DNA of 64,000 nucleotides, from contig CM061247.1 in the NCBI GenBank assembly GCA_022605425.2, positions 372,001 to 436,000 on the forward strand, read 5' to 3'. Both the position numbers and the translations under genes were made by a program. Positions 12,031-23,749 of this stretch are shown here, one piece after another (position 1 is the stretch's first letter; the number at the start of each line of letters is the position of its first letter). This DNA is from Hamiltosporidium tvaerminnensis FI-OER-3-3 (lineage: Eukaryota > Fungi > Microsporidia). The notes beneath the pieces were generated by a model. The model saw nothing but the letters and a program-made list of their open reading frames with translations, made no database searches and had not been told where the DNA came from.

Positions 12031-13683
12031 ATGAGTGTAAATATTTTTTATGCCACGGAAACGAATAAGTCTTTAAAATATGCCATCAAACTTAGCAATG
12101 CACTTATTTCAAAAAATATTGACGTTGGTGTTCATTCTTTTGATGATTATTTTTATTCTGAAATTGCATTATTTATAACTTCCACATTTTATGATGGCCA
12201 AGTTCCAAAAAACGGGCGTGTTTTTTTTAAAAAATTAAAAATTGCAGCTAAAAATAATGATTTGGAATTCAAACCACCCAAATTTTTTGCCATATTTGGT
12301 TTGGGAAGTACAGCTTATCTCTCACTTTTCAATTTAGTTGCAAAACAAATATACGGATATTTAATCACTCTTAATTCCATCTCAATGTTATCACCCGTTT
12401 ATTCAGACGAATATGGAGATATGGAGGCTGTTTTTGACAATTGGGTATCGAATGTATGTGATTCTTTAACCAACAATAATTATCAAACCAATCAAAATCC
12501 TAAATCATCCGAAATAATTGATACTAATAACAAACCCGATGTTTCGGATATCGAAGATCTTTCTCTGATGCTTACACCTTCACTTTCAAAAAATTTAAAA
12601 AAGCAAGGCTATTCACTGGTAGGGACACATTCTGCAGTTAAACTTTGTAGATGGACTAAAAGTATGTTAAAAGGCAGAGGCGGATGCTATAAAAATACAT
12701 TTTATGGCATAATTTCTTCTTCATGTATGGAAGCAACACCAAATTTGGCTTGTGCTAACAAATGTGTTTTTTGTTGGCGACATTATACGAATCCTGTTGG
12801 CACTAAATGGAGATGGAATGCAGATGAACCAGATAAAATTTTAAAAGGAATGTTAGAAGAACAAAATAAATTAATTAATTCGGTTATTAATGGAGTTAAA
12901 ACCGAAATTAATAAGTTTAAAGGAGTAAAGCATTGTGCTTTATCATTAGTAGGCGAACCGGTTATGTATGTTCATATCAATAAATTAATAGAATTATTTC
13001 ACAAAGAAAAAATTTCTACCTTTCTTGTTACTAATGGCCAATTTCCAGATCAAATGCGCGCATTGAAAGATGTAACACAACTTTATCTAAGTATTGATGC
13101 TGGCGATCCGGTGAGCTTAAGAGAAATAGGAAGGCCTCTTTTTACCGATTACTGGGAAAGATTGTTAGAATGTATTGACATTCTTAAAGAAAAAAGAGGC
13201 AGAACTGTTTTTAGATTAACTTTGGTCAAAGGAATTAATGATGAGACAACAGATAGCAATAAAGAAGAGCAAGAACGAAATGAAAATATTCTAGGTGGTT
13301 ATATATCACTGATAAAAAGAGGTACACCAGATTTTGTCGAAATTAAAGGTGTAACATTTTGTGGATGGACACAGGATTCTGGATTAAGTATGAAGAACGT
13401 TCCATACCATAATGATGTTATAAATTTTGCCATTCAATTGATTAATGGACTTGAAGGTTATGAAATTGCATGCGAGCATGAGCATTCGTGCTGTATATTG
13501 ATCGCAAATACTAAATATAAAAAAAATCAAAAGTGGTATACCTGGATTAATTTTGATAAATTTAATGAAGATTTGCAAGGAATCGAATATTCATGCGAGA
13601 CGCCTGACTGGGCTTTATTTGGATCGAGAGAAAAGGGGTTTAACCCAAATGAAACGAGATATCAAAGAAAAAAAATCAAATAA
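12031..13683 (+). CDS. TYW1: tRNA wybutosine-synthesizing protein 1 (flavodoxin + radical SAM)
   Basis: N-terminal flavodoxin (IFYATET, FAIFGLGS), QGYSLVGTHSAVKLCRWTK, radical SAM CANKCVFCWRH, HCALSLVGEP, CEHEHSCC. Start placed at ATG 12031 (CCC at 12024-12026). Confidence 0.95.
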   Translation: MSVNIFYATETNKSLKYAIKLSNALISKNIDVGVHSFDDYFYSEIALFITSTFYDGQVPKNGRVFFKKLKIAAKNNDLEFKPPKFFAIFGLGSTAYLSLFNLVAKQIYGYLITLNSISMLSPVYSDEYGDMEAVFDNWVSNVCDSLTNNNYQTNQNPKSSEIIDTNNKPDVSDIEDLSLMLTPSLSKNLKKQGYSLVGTHSAVKLCRWTKSMLKGRGGCYKNTFYGIISSSCMEATPNLACANKCVFCWRHYTNPVGTKWRWNADEPDKILKGMLEEQNKLINSVINGVKTEINKFKGVKHCALSLVGEPVMYVHINKLIELFHKEKISTFLVTNGQFPDQMRALKDVTQLYLSIDAGDPVSLREIGRPLFTDYWERLLECIDILKEKRGRTVFRLTLVKGINDETTDSNKEEQERNENILGGYISLIKRGTPDFVEIKGVTFCGWTQDSGLSMKNVPYHNDVINFAIQLINGLEGYEIACEHEHSCCILIANTKYKKNQKWYTWINFDKFNEDLQGIEYSCETPDWALFGSREKGFNPNETRYQRKKIK

Positions 13684-14028
13684 AATAATTTCATCTTGTT
13701 TTGTCTTTTATTTATTTTTGATATATTAAGGGTTTTGCAAGTCCTATTATAAATACTCAAGTTTGTATTCTGAGCAAATTAATTATATTATATTTAGATT
13801 CGAATTTATTTTTTTTCCAAAAGTTTTAAAATTATATATTTAGAAAAAAAATGTGAAAACCGGTATATCACAAAGTATATGTATATATATATGTATTAAG
13901 AAGCCTTGAAGTTTAAAGGCTTATTAAATCTAATACCATTGTTTTATTTTTATTTTTTTATTTGTGTTTCTGGCATAAAGCCTATTCATTTTTTTAAGCG
14001 AATTTATTATCTATATCAAAAATTCTTA

Positions 14029-14259
14029 ACAGGGGGTGGGGGTGAAAGAAGAAATTTTTAGGGGTGCGGAACATATTTTTTGCAGTGCGATAGAACCCCC
14101 TGTCTAAAGCTTAAGCTCATACAGAAATTTTTTTCATGGGTTTTTTGTAAAAAAATAAAACAACAAATTTTTAAAAATCGAAACATTTTTTCATTGGTAA
14201 TGCAGAGCTAATTTGCAGATTCAAAGGGTTGCGGCCCACTTAAAAGGCTAAGAACAACT
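14029..14259. mobile_element. Possible hAT-type MITE remnant(s)
   Basis: 9-bp inverted repeat ACAGGGGGT (14029) / ACCCCCTGT (14095-14103), plus a second hAT-like end AAAAGGCTAAGAACAACTG ending at 14259. No 8-bp TSD found. Confidence 0.3.
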
Positions 14260-14664
14260 GATATATATACCCTTAGATATTAAAACCTTCTAGCCGCGGT
14301 GGTAGCTTCCAATATATTTAAAATGATATGTGAGTTTATTTAACGGCAAATATATTATATTTTGGTTTCATTGTGATAATGTAGTGACTTTAAATGGTTG
14401 AGAGTTGTTATGTAAATTATAACCGATTAGCTAAGTAAACTAGTGGGTATATAGAATAATAGATTTGACTAGTGTTAAGCATTTGTTTTTAGAATATCTT
14501 TAGTTGTTATAGATCTATTTATTGTAGATAATAAATAAAGTGAAGGTAAATCAAATAAAATAAAACAATAAGATTATAAATATATAAGTTGGAATCGTAT
14601 TTGGAAAAAACAAAGGTGTCAGTACTTCAATCGACCTGTAAGACCTTACCTAAAAAAATTATAA

Positions 14665-15500
14665 ACTCGATGTAAGAAAATGCATGGTCATTACTACACT
14701 AGACGACATAATGAGGTTTTAAGATGCATACACTTACTCCTACTAAATAGATATAAGTTCAAGTCCTTAAAACGAATTAGGAGTCACTCAATTCAAGAAA
14801 TTATTTAAAATGAGCATTCGAAAATAAGAGTATTGACCCTGCAAAAAATATGATATCAAAATTTAAAATAATAAACCTGATATATATTTTGGATAAGAAA
14901 AAAACAAGGTAACACTCAATGAACTATAAATTATTTCCCAAGATTCTCTTCAAATAGTTGAAAGATCGAACGCAAGCAGTATTTTCGATAAAGTAATGAC
15001 TTAAGTCTTAAGTCTCAATTATAAGTGGAGTGTTGAGATACTTCCTATGTATAACCTGGTTAAGGATAGAGACAGAAACGACAAGAAATACCTTAGAAGA
15101 CTTCAAATGCCTTTGAATTCAAAGACTCAAATTCTGTATATAAAGCACAAGAAGACAGTCTAAACAATTTCTTTTGGTCTACTAAGAGAAATTGAGTTTA
15201 GAAAAATACCGAAGAGTATTAGGCAATGACATCGTTAAGTACTAGCAAGAAAGCCGAGATGCATGAGGAACCAACATCCCCTTTAAAACAAGCGAGTAAC
15301 GAGAAATATTGGGTTTAACACGTAAAAACAAAAGATAAAATACACTTTATCTTATATAAAGAATCACAATAATAGAGTCGAGAATATATATAACGATGAG
15401 TCGGACTTGGAAGAGGAAACGCACGTTACCCTAGAGGTATATGAATATATATAAAAGATTGGGATTATATTTTAAACTCGGAATTTTGTTGCAAAAAAAT
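14665..15500 (+). mobile_element. Degenerate 3' fragment of the REL non-LTR retrotransposon, at the inner end of the duplication arm
   Basis: Reads TRCKKMHGHYYTRRHNEVLRCIHLLLLNRYKFKSLKRIRSHSIQEII*. It ends in aaactcggaattttgttgcaaaaaaat, resembling the family 3' end. Confidence 0.8.
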
Positions 15501-15747
15501 GTCAGACATAATCCTTCTTTTGAAATTTTTATCTAAATTTAAAAAACTATTTTAAAAGGAAAAAAAAATTTCAAACCTTTCATTCGTTTAATAAAAATAA
15601 AAATTAGATTGAAATATAGAGGAAATAAAACAATGTAAGATCTTTTTTAATAAAAAGTATTAAATATGTTTTATATTTTGTGTCTTTTTTTCTCGATTTA
15701 AATTTTTGAAAAATAATTTCAGATTTTGCTAATTATTTTTTTCCAAA

Positions 15748-15750
15748 CCC
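15748..15750 (+). promoter_or_regulatory. CCC motif upstream of the start codon (representative instance)
   Basis: CCC within 30 nt upstream of the ATG also at 7338, 12024, 32936, 45218 (+) and 4081-4083, 43689-43691, 52361-52363 (-); GGG before Cdc6. Such motifs are known near microsporidian start codons. Confidence 0.65.
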
Positions 15751-16719
15751 ATGAACAAAGAATATCTTGCTACACTGCCAATGGAACAACGTAGAGCCAT
15801 TGAAAAGGCTTATATTTCAGTTGTTAATAAAGAAATTTCACCATCCGAATTTTTCAATTATTGTAAAGAAATTCTTGGTTCGATGAAATATTCACTGTTA
15901 TTTTATAATAAACCATTAGAAGAAAGTCCTTCTACGCCTAAACAATCAACAAGAGAACATAATAATAATGGTTCAGCTGATTTAAAGACAGAACATCTAC
16001 AAGATATCATTCAATACACAGGTGTCGATTTAAAAGAAGAAGAAGAAAAGATTTTTAAAGATAGTGAGCATAATATAGGAAATTCTTATGTTCAAGATGA
16101 AGATAAACGTAATAAAATGGAAAGCTTATTAAATCTTGATTTATTTATAGAATTTATAAAAAAGATATGTGCCTTGAGGAATATTAGTATTGATAATGAC
16201 TGTTTATATGTTTTATTTATGGCACTTAAAAGAAAATTATTAGAATTATTAGAAAAAATGGAAGAAGTTAGTAAATTTAGAGTTGATTCTACCCGAGGTG
16301 AATTTATTATTAGAATCGAAAATGATATTCGAAGACAACTTTGGTTTTTAGAAGAAAAAGAAAAAAAAGAAATGGAAAAATTAAAAATTAAAAAATTTGA
16401 AAGTGAAGACGAAGGAAGAAAAAGAGTAAAAAGAACAATTCAAGAAAGAGAAGATTTATTGATTAAAAAAAGACTTTCTAACAATGTTGCTCTTGCAGCA
16501 TTAGGAGGACAACAAAAAAGTTGGATGAATGTTGAAAATATTCCGATTTCAAAAGAAAAAGAATCACCTCTTCAATCTCTTTATTCACCGTTTGATGAAA
16601 AAGAACAAGAAAGAAAAATCTCAATGAGAAGCATAACAATGTCAGATTTTCTTTATGTTTTAGAACATGACAAAAGATATAATAAGTCTATTTTTACAAT
16701 TCAACAATATTTTTTATGA
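15751..16719 (+). CDS. TAF4: TFIID subunit TAF4, copy 2
   Basis: Protein identical to 3112-4080. CCC at 15748-15750 before the ATG. Confidence 0.85.
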   Translation: MNKEYLATLPMEQRRAIEKAYISVVNKEISPSEFFNYCKEILGSMKYSLLFYNKPLEESPSTPKQSTREHNNNGSADLKTEHLQDIIQYTGVDLKEEEEKIFKDSEHNIGNSYVQDEDKRNKMESLLNLDLFIEFIKKICALRNISIDNDCLYVLFMALKRKLLELLEKMEEVSKFRVDSTRGEFIIRIENDIRRQLWFLEEKEKKEMEKLKIKKFESEDEGRKRVKRTIQEREDLLIKKRLSNNVALAALGGQQKSWMNVENIPISKEKESPLQSLYSPFDEKEQERKISMRSITMSDFLYVLEHDKRYNKSIFTIQQYFL

Positions 16720-17016
16720 TTCTCAAATATTTCTATATAAAAGTTTTTATTTGTCATTCAAATTTAGTTTTGTATTTTTAATGAGTTTTTAATTTAATTT
16801 ATATATTTTTAAAAAAATATTTTTTCTACGAGGAAATTCGCGGAATTTAATTATTATTCGTTTTATAAAGGTGATATTAGAAGAAATCTTAATCATGAAC
16901 AAAATACAATACAATAACATTTTAGTTGAATTTTAATACAGTTAGTGTTCTAGATTTTAAATAAAAGACCAAATTATTTTCATATCAAGTTTTTAAAGAG
17001 TATAGAATTAAATCGT

Positions 17017-18882
17017 TTATTTTCTTAAAATTTTGCCTAATTTATTGATAAAATGATTGATTTTGGTTTTATACGATTTTAATGATTCTTCTATTAATTT
17101 TTTTATATGTAAATTGGCTTGAAAATCGTCTTTTTCAAGGTTTAAGTATTTTTTTAAAAATTTAAATATGATTTCTGATTTATAATTACAAAATGGATTT
17201 TTTTGTAATATCTGAATATAAAAATATATTTTCTGTGTGTTTTTACGTAATTTATTATATATTTTTTGACACAAATCTATGAATTTTGAATATAATAACA
17301 GATTATTCTTAAAGAAATAACTTACTTCTGGTAATATAACTATTTTCGGAGGAAAAGGTTTTGGATCTTTACCAAAAATATAACTAAAATCAATATGAAA
17401 TATTTGACCGGAGTTATGAAATAACATGTTATCTCTATTTCTATCACCAATACCTAACAAATATGTTATTATAGTATATGCTGCTAAACTTTCAATAAAT
17501 AAATTCATATTTGTATTACTTTGGAATAAAAAATTTTTTAAAGATGAAAACTTTAAAATTAATTCATCAATATTAAATGTTTCAGGAATATATTCTATAA
17601 TACCTTCATTTATATTTAAAGGAAGAACTTTATACGTTATCAAAGGTATTTTTATTATCGAAGAAAAATAATTTATTAATGATACAATTATGTAATCATT
17701 TCTAAGATCGCATCCTTTTTTATAGATTATTTTATAAACACCTTTAGAACTTATAAATGGTATTATTAAGGGAAATGTAGAAGATTGGAATATTTCAATA
17801 TTTTTATAATCTATTTCATATAATAATATCTTGTGATCAAAAGGACTCACTGTGGATATTTCTTTTATAAAAGACTTGTTTGAACTTAAATATCCTTTAA
17901 GATTATCCAATCTAGAGGTTTTACTGTAAAAGGAATTTTTTTCAGTTATTTTGTAAATAAAATTCATTTTTTTGAATAATTTCTTTAAATTAAGTAATTT
18001 ATTAAACAATTTTAATTTTGAAAATAAAAGTTTTTTACTTTTACTTGATTTTACAGTTAAATTTTTACAATAGTTATCTTTTTCTTTAAATTTCTCAAAA
18101 ATATTATTAAATATTTTCTTTACTTTATTCTTCTCTAAAATATTCTCTTCTAAACAAAATTTTAAACAAAAATATATATTGATGATTTGAATTTGATCGA
18201 TTATAAAAATATTAAATCTTTTCGAAATCAAAATACCGGTTAAAAGATTTTGACACATATTTTTAGGTAGTTTATACTTTTTGTTTGGAATGCATAGATT
18301 TTTAGAATATAAATATTTCAAAGTCATTAATAAATATAAATTAGATTCATAATCTAGCACCCTGCTTCTTTTTAAGATGAAGTTTATTGTCGATAATTTT
18401 TTTCTGACCTTTAAAATATTATCTTCGTTATTCAAATATATTGCATTTGAACTTTTTTTTAAATAATATACTTCGAAAATGTCGATCGTAGATTTAATAA
18501 TTTTCTTTTTTATTGTAATGAGACATATATTTTGTTCTTTTGTGGATAATATTTGAAGAATGTCTAATAATAAGGATATGGTTATACTTTCAGAATAATT
18601 TTTGCAGTTTTTAGTTTCTAGAATGAATATACGAGAAATACTTTTTCTAAAATATCTATAAACAAATATTATGTTTAATCTTGATTTAGTAGAAAGTAAG
18701 AAAATATTTTTAATTGGTGTTTTTGTAGAAATTATTCTATTATGTGTATCAGTAGTCTTATAAAAAATATATTTAGCTAAAATAGTATATTTAGATAAAA
18801 AATTTGCTTTTTCATTTAGAGAATACGGAATTTCTTTTATAAAAGTAGAATTAGTGAGTATTTCAGAACTGATATTTATCAT
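17017..18882 (-). CDS. VPS34: Vps34-like PI3K, copy 2
   Basis: 621 aa, with 10 amino-acid differences from 949-2814 by manual comparison. Confidence 0.88.
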   Translation of the reverse strand: MINISSEILTNSTFIKEIPYSLNEKANFLSKYTILAKYIFYKTTDTHNRIISTKTPIKNIFLLSTKSRLNIIFVYRYFRKSISRIFILETKNCKNYSESITISLLLDILQILSTKEQNICLITIKKKIIKSTIDIFEVYYLKKSSNAIYLNNEDNILKVRKKLSTINFILKRSRVLDYESNLYLLMTLKYLYSKNLCIPNKKYKLPKNMCQNLLTGILISKRFNIFIIDQIQIINIYFCLKFCLEENILEKNKVKKIFNNIFEKFKEKDNYCKNLTVKSSKSKKLLFSKLKLFNKLLNLKKLFKKMNFIYKITEKNSFYSKTSRLDNLKGYLSSNKSFIKEISTVSPFDHKILLYEIDYKNIEIFQSSTFPLIIPFISSKGVYKIIYKKGCDLRNDYIIVSLINYFSSIIKIPLITYKVLPLNINEGIIEYIPETFNIDELILKFSSLKNFLFQSNTNMNLFIESLAAYTIITYLLGIGDRNRDNMLFHNSGQIFHIDFSYIFGKDPKPFPPKIVILPEVSYFFKNNLLLYSKFIDLCQKIYNKLRKNTQKIYFYIQILQKNPFCNYKSEIIFKFLKKYLNLEKDDFQANLHIKKLIEESLKSYKTKINHFINKLGKILRK

Positions 18883-20615
18883 GAAGTTTAAGAAACCGAA
18901 TTTGGTTTTATTTCAAATATGAAACTTGTTTTATATATTTTAAATTTGTTTAAGTCATGGTTCAAGTAAGTATAAGTAGTATAAGATTATTCATTTAAGG
19001 ATCCATTATCTGTTCTCAAATCGTTATTATTGTTAAAGTAGTAATTTACATATGATGGATTGATTTACTAAATATTCTTCTCGATAGAAAAGTTCATATT
19101 CAATCAATTTCTAAAATTTTTATATCTAATTTCAAATTTAATAAATACATATACTATCTAAACTATGAATATACGGACCAATCACTCATAAATCCGAGAT
19201 ATATCAGTTTAAAATAAACAAATTTAAAATTAAAAAGATGTTTCAAAAGTCAAGAAGTAAAATTAAGATTATAACATGAATCGTGAAGTAAAAGTATTCG
19301 GTTTAATCGAAAAAATGAGGAATTTTCGAAATTTGATATTAGACACAAAAAACGAGTTTGTGTGAAAGAGAACAGACCTAAAAAATCATAAAACATTAGT
19401 CAGTGACATAATATGTAGGCTTCCATTTGTTCATCCAAGACACCAAGAGATAAAATATGACTGCAATAAATTTATTAAGATTACAAGTAAATAGGTTAGT
19501 AATGGTACACCTAATAAATTTAAAAATACATCGCAAAGATGGCTCTAAATTGTTGTAGATGATAAGATAAGCCATTAAACTCTGTTATTCAAGGAATCGA
19601 CTCTTGATTTAAATCCTATATTAATATAATCACCTATGTGAAAACATGAGATGGTATTATAAACACCTTAAAATGCATCATCTTATAAAATTCAATGTCT
19701 GATCCATAGAGTGTAATAAATCGAAACAATATTTTGTAAAAAGACTTTAAAAGTAATATTATTCATTCGACAAGATAACTTAAATCATAGCCGAATAACA
19801 ATTTGACTTAACAAAAAAACATCACTGTATGATATAAAAAGAAACGAAGGGCACATTCAGGAAATATTCACATTAAAAATTAGTATCTTCTAAAAGACAG
19901 TTCAAAATTAATTTTTATCTAAAATATTGAGCCTTTTATTTTGACTTCTACAAATTTAGATAAAGATCGCTAAAAAAAATTAAAGTTTAAAGATCTTTGA
20001 TGAAAATGACAAAAAGGTCTATGAGGTACAATAAATACAAAGAAAATAACAAAATAGCATTTAAATTTTCAATAATGGGTTTTCAGAAAATATATTTGAA
20101 CATATTAAGAACATAGAGGAATTTCTTCGAAAATATTCCAGCAGATTTGATAATCGAAATTGAATATAGGCAATTACTCAATATAGACTACAAATTTTTT
20201 TTCCTAACTTATATATTTAAAGGATAATTTTAGTTTAAATTTGCAATCTAACTTATAATCCAGAGATGAAATAATATAAATATACAATTGCACTATAAAT
20301 ATATCTAAGTAGTAATTTAAAAAGAAAATTATGAAGTTATAACTTAGACAGTTACTTTAACCCTATTTAGTACTTAAATAATATTTAAATAAAATACAGC
20401 TAAATGCAAAAATACAATGAAAAAAATGATTATTTTAATTAAGAAAACATTATTTTAAAAATCAGACCGTTTAATATTTTCATTTGGAAATTTTTGATCG
20501 CGTTTTTAAAACAAAGGCAAATAAGAATAAACAATTTTAATTTTTCGAGTAAGCAAATAAAACATTTTTTTTCAAGAAAATAAATACGCGATATTGTAAA
20601 TATTTAATTTATCTT

Positions 20616-21935
20616 TTAAAAAACAATTGTTTTATTAATAAAATCAATATCGACTGAAATGTGTTTTTTTAAACGTTCTTGATTTGTTTCTATCCAATCT
20701 TTACAAATATTAGAATCTGTTTGTCTTATAAATAGATATGCGACTAAACTCAATTCTATATTTTCATTAGAAATATATTCTTGAATTTTATCAAAAATAC
20801 TTTTTATACTTTTATGATTTCCAAAATCTTTATAGGAATTAAAAGTTATTAAGCATATATAATACATAATAGAAGGAGAGTTGGTTTTTATAAATTTAGG
20901 ATATAAAAATTCAACTATAAACTGGTTATAAGTCCAATCCCAATCCATAAAATTACAAATAAGTTTAATCGATGCACCAATTAATAGAGCCTCATTATTT
21001 AAATTACCATTCTCGAATATCGGTACTTCTTTAACAAGTTCCATACAATAGCTTTCGATCGAAAATATTTCAAGTTTCAAATTTATATTTTCAGATATTT
21101 TATTTAGAATTTTCAAAATATTTTCATAGCTTTTAAAAATTTTAATATCAACAGCCACTTGAAATGATAATATTTTTTTAATCGTTTTTATAAAAATGGA
21201 ATTAGGATTTGATTCTAATAGAAAAGGATAGCAATAGAATATATATAAAACAGGTTCTTTTATAAATATTATAATGTCATGTAAAATCGATTCCTTAAGC
21301 TCATCATTTTTTAATGTACTTAATACAGTAACAACCGAATATATATCTCTAGGTTTCCACTTTTCCAAATTTGAAAATAAATATTTTATGATTCCTTTCA
21401 AATTATTTTCTACAAAAACGATTAACTGTTTCGGAATAAATATTTCTTTATATTTTTCTAAAGGTTCTGATACTTGTAGATTCGAACACACATATACGAA
21501 TTCTTCTAATGACATATTTGTTTTTATCTGAGGCGGAGAAGCTTTTTTTTCACAGAATATTTCTAAAATATCATCTACAGATGTTTTATATGGCAAATTA
21601 TTATCTTTCAGTTCGAATAATTCATTATCTTCAAAATTATGATTTTTTATTTCATCATCGTTGGTTTTGAATGTTTCGGTTTCTTGTAAATAATTTTTAA
21701 TTATATTTTGAGGATTGTTGTCAAAATTAGATGTGACAGATTCATCTTCTATAATAGAATCTTTAAAAAATGAGTTTTTAACAGGAATATCATCTTCTAT
21801 AGATTTATTTGAATATTTACTTCCTCTTTCTCTTTTTAATTCTGCTAATAATATTTCGATCAATAATTCTTTATCTGCTAATTCTTTTTCTAATTTTTTT
21901 ATTTTAAGAATGGCTTCGTATAACTTTTTATCCAT
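20616..21935 (-). CDS. Hypothetical protein (N-terminal coiled coil, helical C-terminal region)
   Basis: 439-aa open frame in very AT-rich DNA. No family recognised. Confidence 0.7.
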   Translation of the reverse strand: MDKKLYEAILKIKKLEKELADKELLIEILLAELKRERGSKYSNKSIEDDIPVKNSFFKDSIIEDESVTSNFDNNPQNIIKNYLQETETFKTNDDEIKNHNFEDNELFELKDNNLPYKTSVDDILEIFCEKKASPPQIKTNMSLEEFVYVCSNLQVSEPLEKYKEIFIPKQLIVFVENNLKGIIKYLFSNLEKWKPRDIYSVVTVLSTLKNDELKESILHDIIIFIKEPVLYIFYCYPFLLESNPNSIFIKTIKKILSFQVAVDIKIFKSYENILKILNKISENINLKLEIFSIESYCMELVKEVPIFENGNLNNEALLIGASIKLICNFMDWDWTYNQFIVEFLYPKFIKTNSPSIMYYICLITFNSYKDFGNHKSIKSIFDKIQEYISNENIELSLVAYLFIRQTDSNICKDWIETNQERLKKHISVDIDFINKTIVF

Positions 21936-22278
21936 GGTATTTTAAAAAATGAAATTTAAATTAAAAAATTCTTACTATTTTTCGAAAAAATCAAAAATAA
22001 TGTATTTTTATTTCCAACAAGAAATATAGCTTGGATAAAAATGAAATAATAAATTTTATAAAATAAGAAAAATACAACTTTTAATTTTCATATGAAGATA
22101 CTTGATTTATTTTATTTTTTGAGATCGTGAGGGCAAGAGGACTTGGAATAAGTAAGTAAAGTTAATTTCATTTTCTTTCATATGATTTTTATTATTTTAT
22201 TTTTTTTAGAAATTGGGTTTTCAAACATTTCGATTTGAGTTTAGATGATTTAAAGCAAAAATATAAGTTAATTAATGA

Positions 22279-22899
22279 TTATTCTTTCAGTTTAAAAATT
22301 CCTAAAAATATTTTTTCTATTTTTTTAGGAATCACGTGCGTTCCGAAAAAAGTCACAAATTCTACGTTTTGTTTGTAAAAATACCTCAAAATAAAATGAG
22401 AATAAATTCCAATAAAATATGGAATCTGTCCATCAAATAAACCATGGATCATCATAAGATTTTGTTTTGTTGTATTTGAATATTCTAATTTCATTGGTAA
22501 ATAACCAGAGAGCATAATAACTTTCTTAAAAACAAAATCTGTATTTAGAGCAACGTATGAAGCCATTGCAGCACCCTGTGAAAAACCAACGAGAACGACT
22601 TTTGAGGGATGAAAATTATGTGAATTAATTTCAAAAAGTATTCTATTTTTTGAAGTTTGAAATCCATTGATATCAGACCTATCAAAAATACTATAAGAAT
22701 TTAAACTATACCAAGCATTCACTATTTCATTGCCATATATTCTTACCTTTTTTCTATCAGAATCCAGAAATATGAATTTCACGAATTCTAGCTTCTTAGC
22801 AATCGAAGTAAATGAATATGAAATTTCTGAAGAAGAACTGTTTAATCCATGTAAAATTATACATAAAAAATCTTTTGCTTTAGAGTTGAATATTATCAT
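22279..22899 (-). CDS. Acyl-protein thioesterase / phospholipase-carboxylesterase family
   Basis: ILHGL, AWY, GFSQGAAM nucleophile motif, LSGYLP, HGLFDGQIP, H in GTHVI. The first ATG is at 22899; the start is uncertain. Confidence 0.8.
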   Translation of the reverse strand: MIIFNSKAKDFLCIILHGLNSSSSEISYSFTSIAKKLEFVKFIFLDSDRKKVRIYGNEIVNAWYSLNSYSIFDRSDINGFQTSKNRILFEINSHNFHPSKVVLVGFSQGAAMASYVALNTDFVFKKVIMLSGYLPMKLEYSNTTKQNLMMIHGLFDGQIPYFIGIYSHFILRYFYKQNVEFVTFFGTHVIPKKIEKIFLGIFKLKE

Positions 22900-23749
22900 A
22901 CAAAAAGAAAACAAAGTGTTAAAGATAAAACGTATTAATAAAACTGCAACAAAATTTCAAAGTTTCAAGTTTTATTAATTAAAGTTTAAGAGGGCCTATG
23001 ATTGAATTTAAATGTTTTTTTATAAATTTTAGCGTTAAATATTTGTCTTACCGATCTCATAGACAGAATCTTTGGTAAACTAGTAAAACAAAGATATATT
23101 TTGAGGAATTTAAACCCAAAGATATATTATTTATTATATATTAGGTTTGATATTTAAACTATTAAAACATATATAAATTGGCTTGATTATTGTATTGATA
23201 ATTTAAACTTAGGTCAAATAAAATTGTTATTCTTCAAATATATAGTGTTTTTCTAATTATCAATTCTATTCATTATTTGATATATTAAATGGTTCATCAA
23301 CTCATATGTTAAAACTTGAAATTTATCTAACTTCCAGTTTAAGTATTTTTGACTTCTTTACTTAGTTATTTCTCTTCTTCCCACCGTTTTTCAATCTTTT
23401 CGCATATTCGGCATGAAGTTGATCGTTTTCTTATGTTTTTTTTGTTTGTATTGTATGATCTGAATTCCGAGGTTCGATATTTGGTGTTCTTATTGATTGA
23501 ATTGTTTCTTTCTTGTTGTTAGTATTTTTGAAATTGCATATTTATCCGACATTCTGTAGGGCAACTAGTGATTCTTTCAATCGAATTAATTTGGATTTTT
23601 TTCTTTTATCGATTTCCTTTCTCGTTAAAATAGCATGTTTCGACTGATTTTTGTGCACTTTCGATAAAATTTAGTCCGAATTATTACTCATATTTATAAC
23701 GAATACAAATACATCTTATGGTATATACCTACGTATATATCCCGCTTAT

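Larger units (their letters stand above)
14670..19829. repeat. Right arm of the inverted duplication (partner 1-5160)
   Basis: Reverse complement of 1-5160 with scattered substitutions. Confidence 0.95.
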
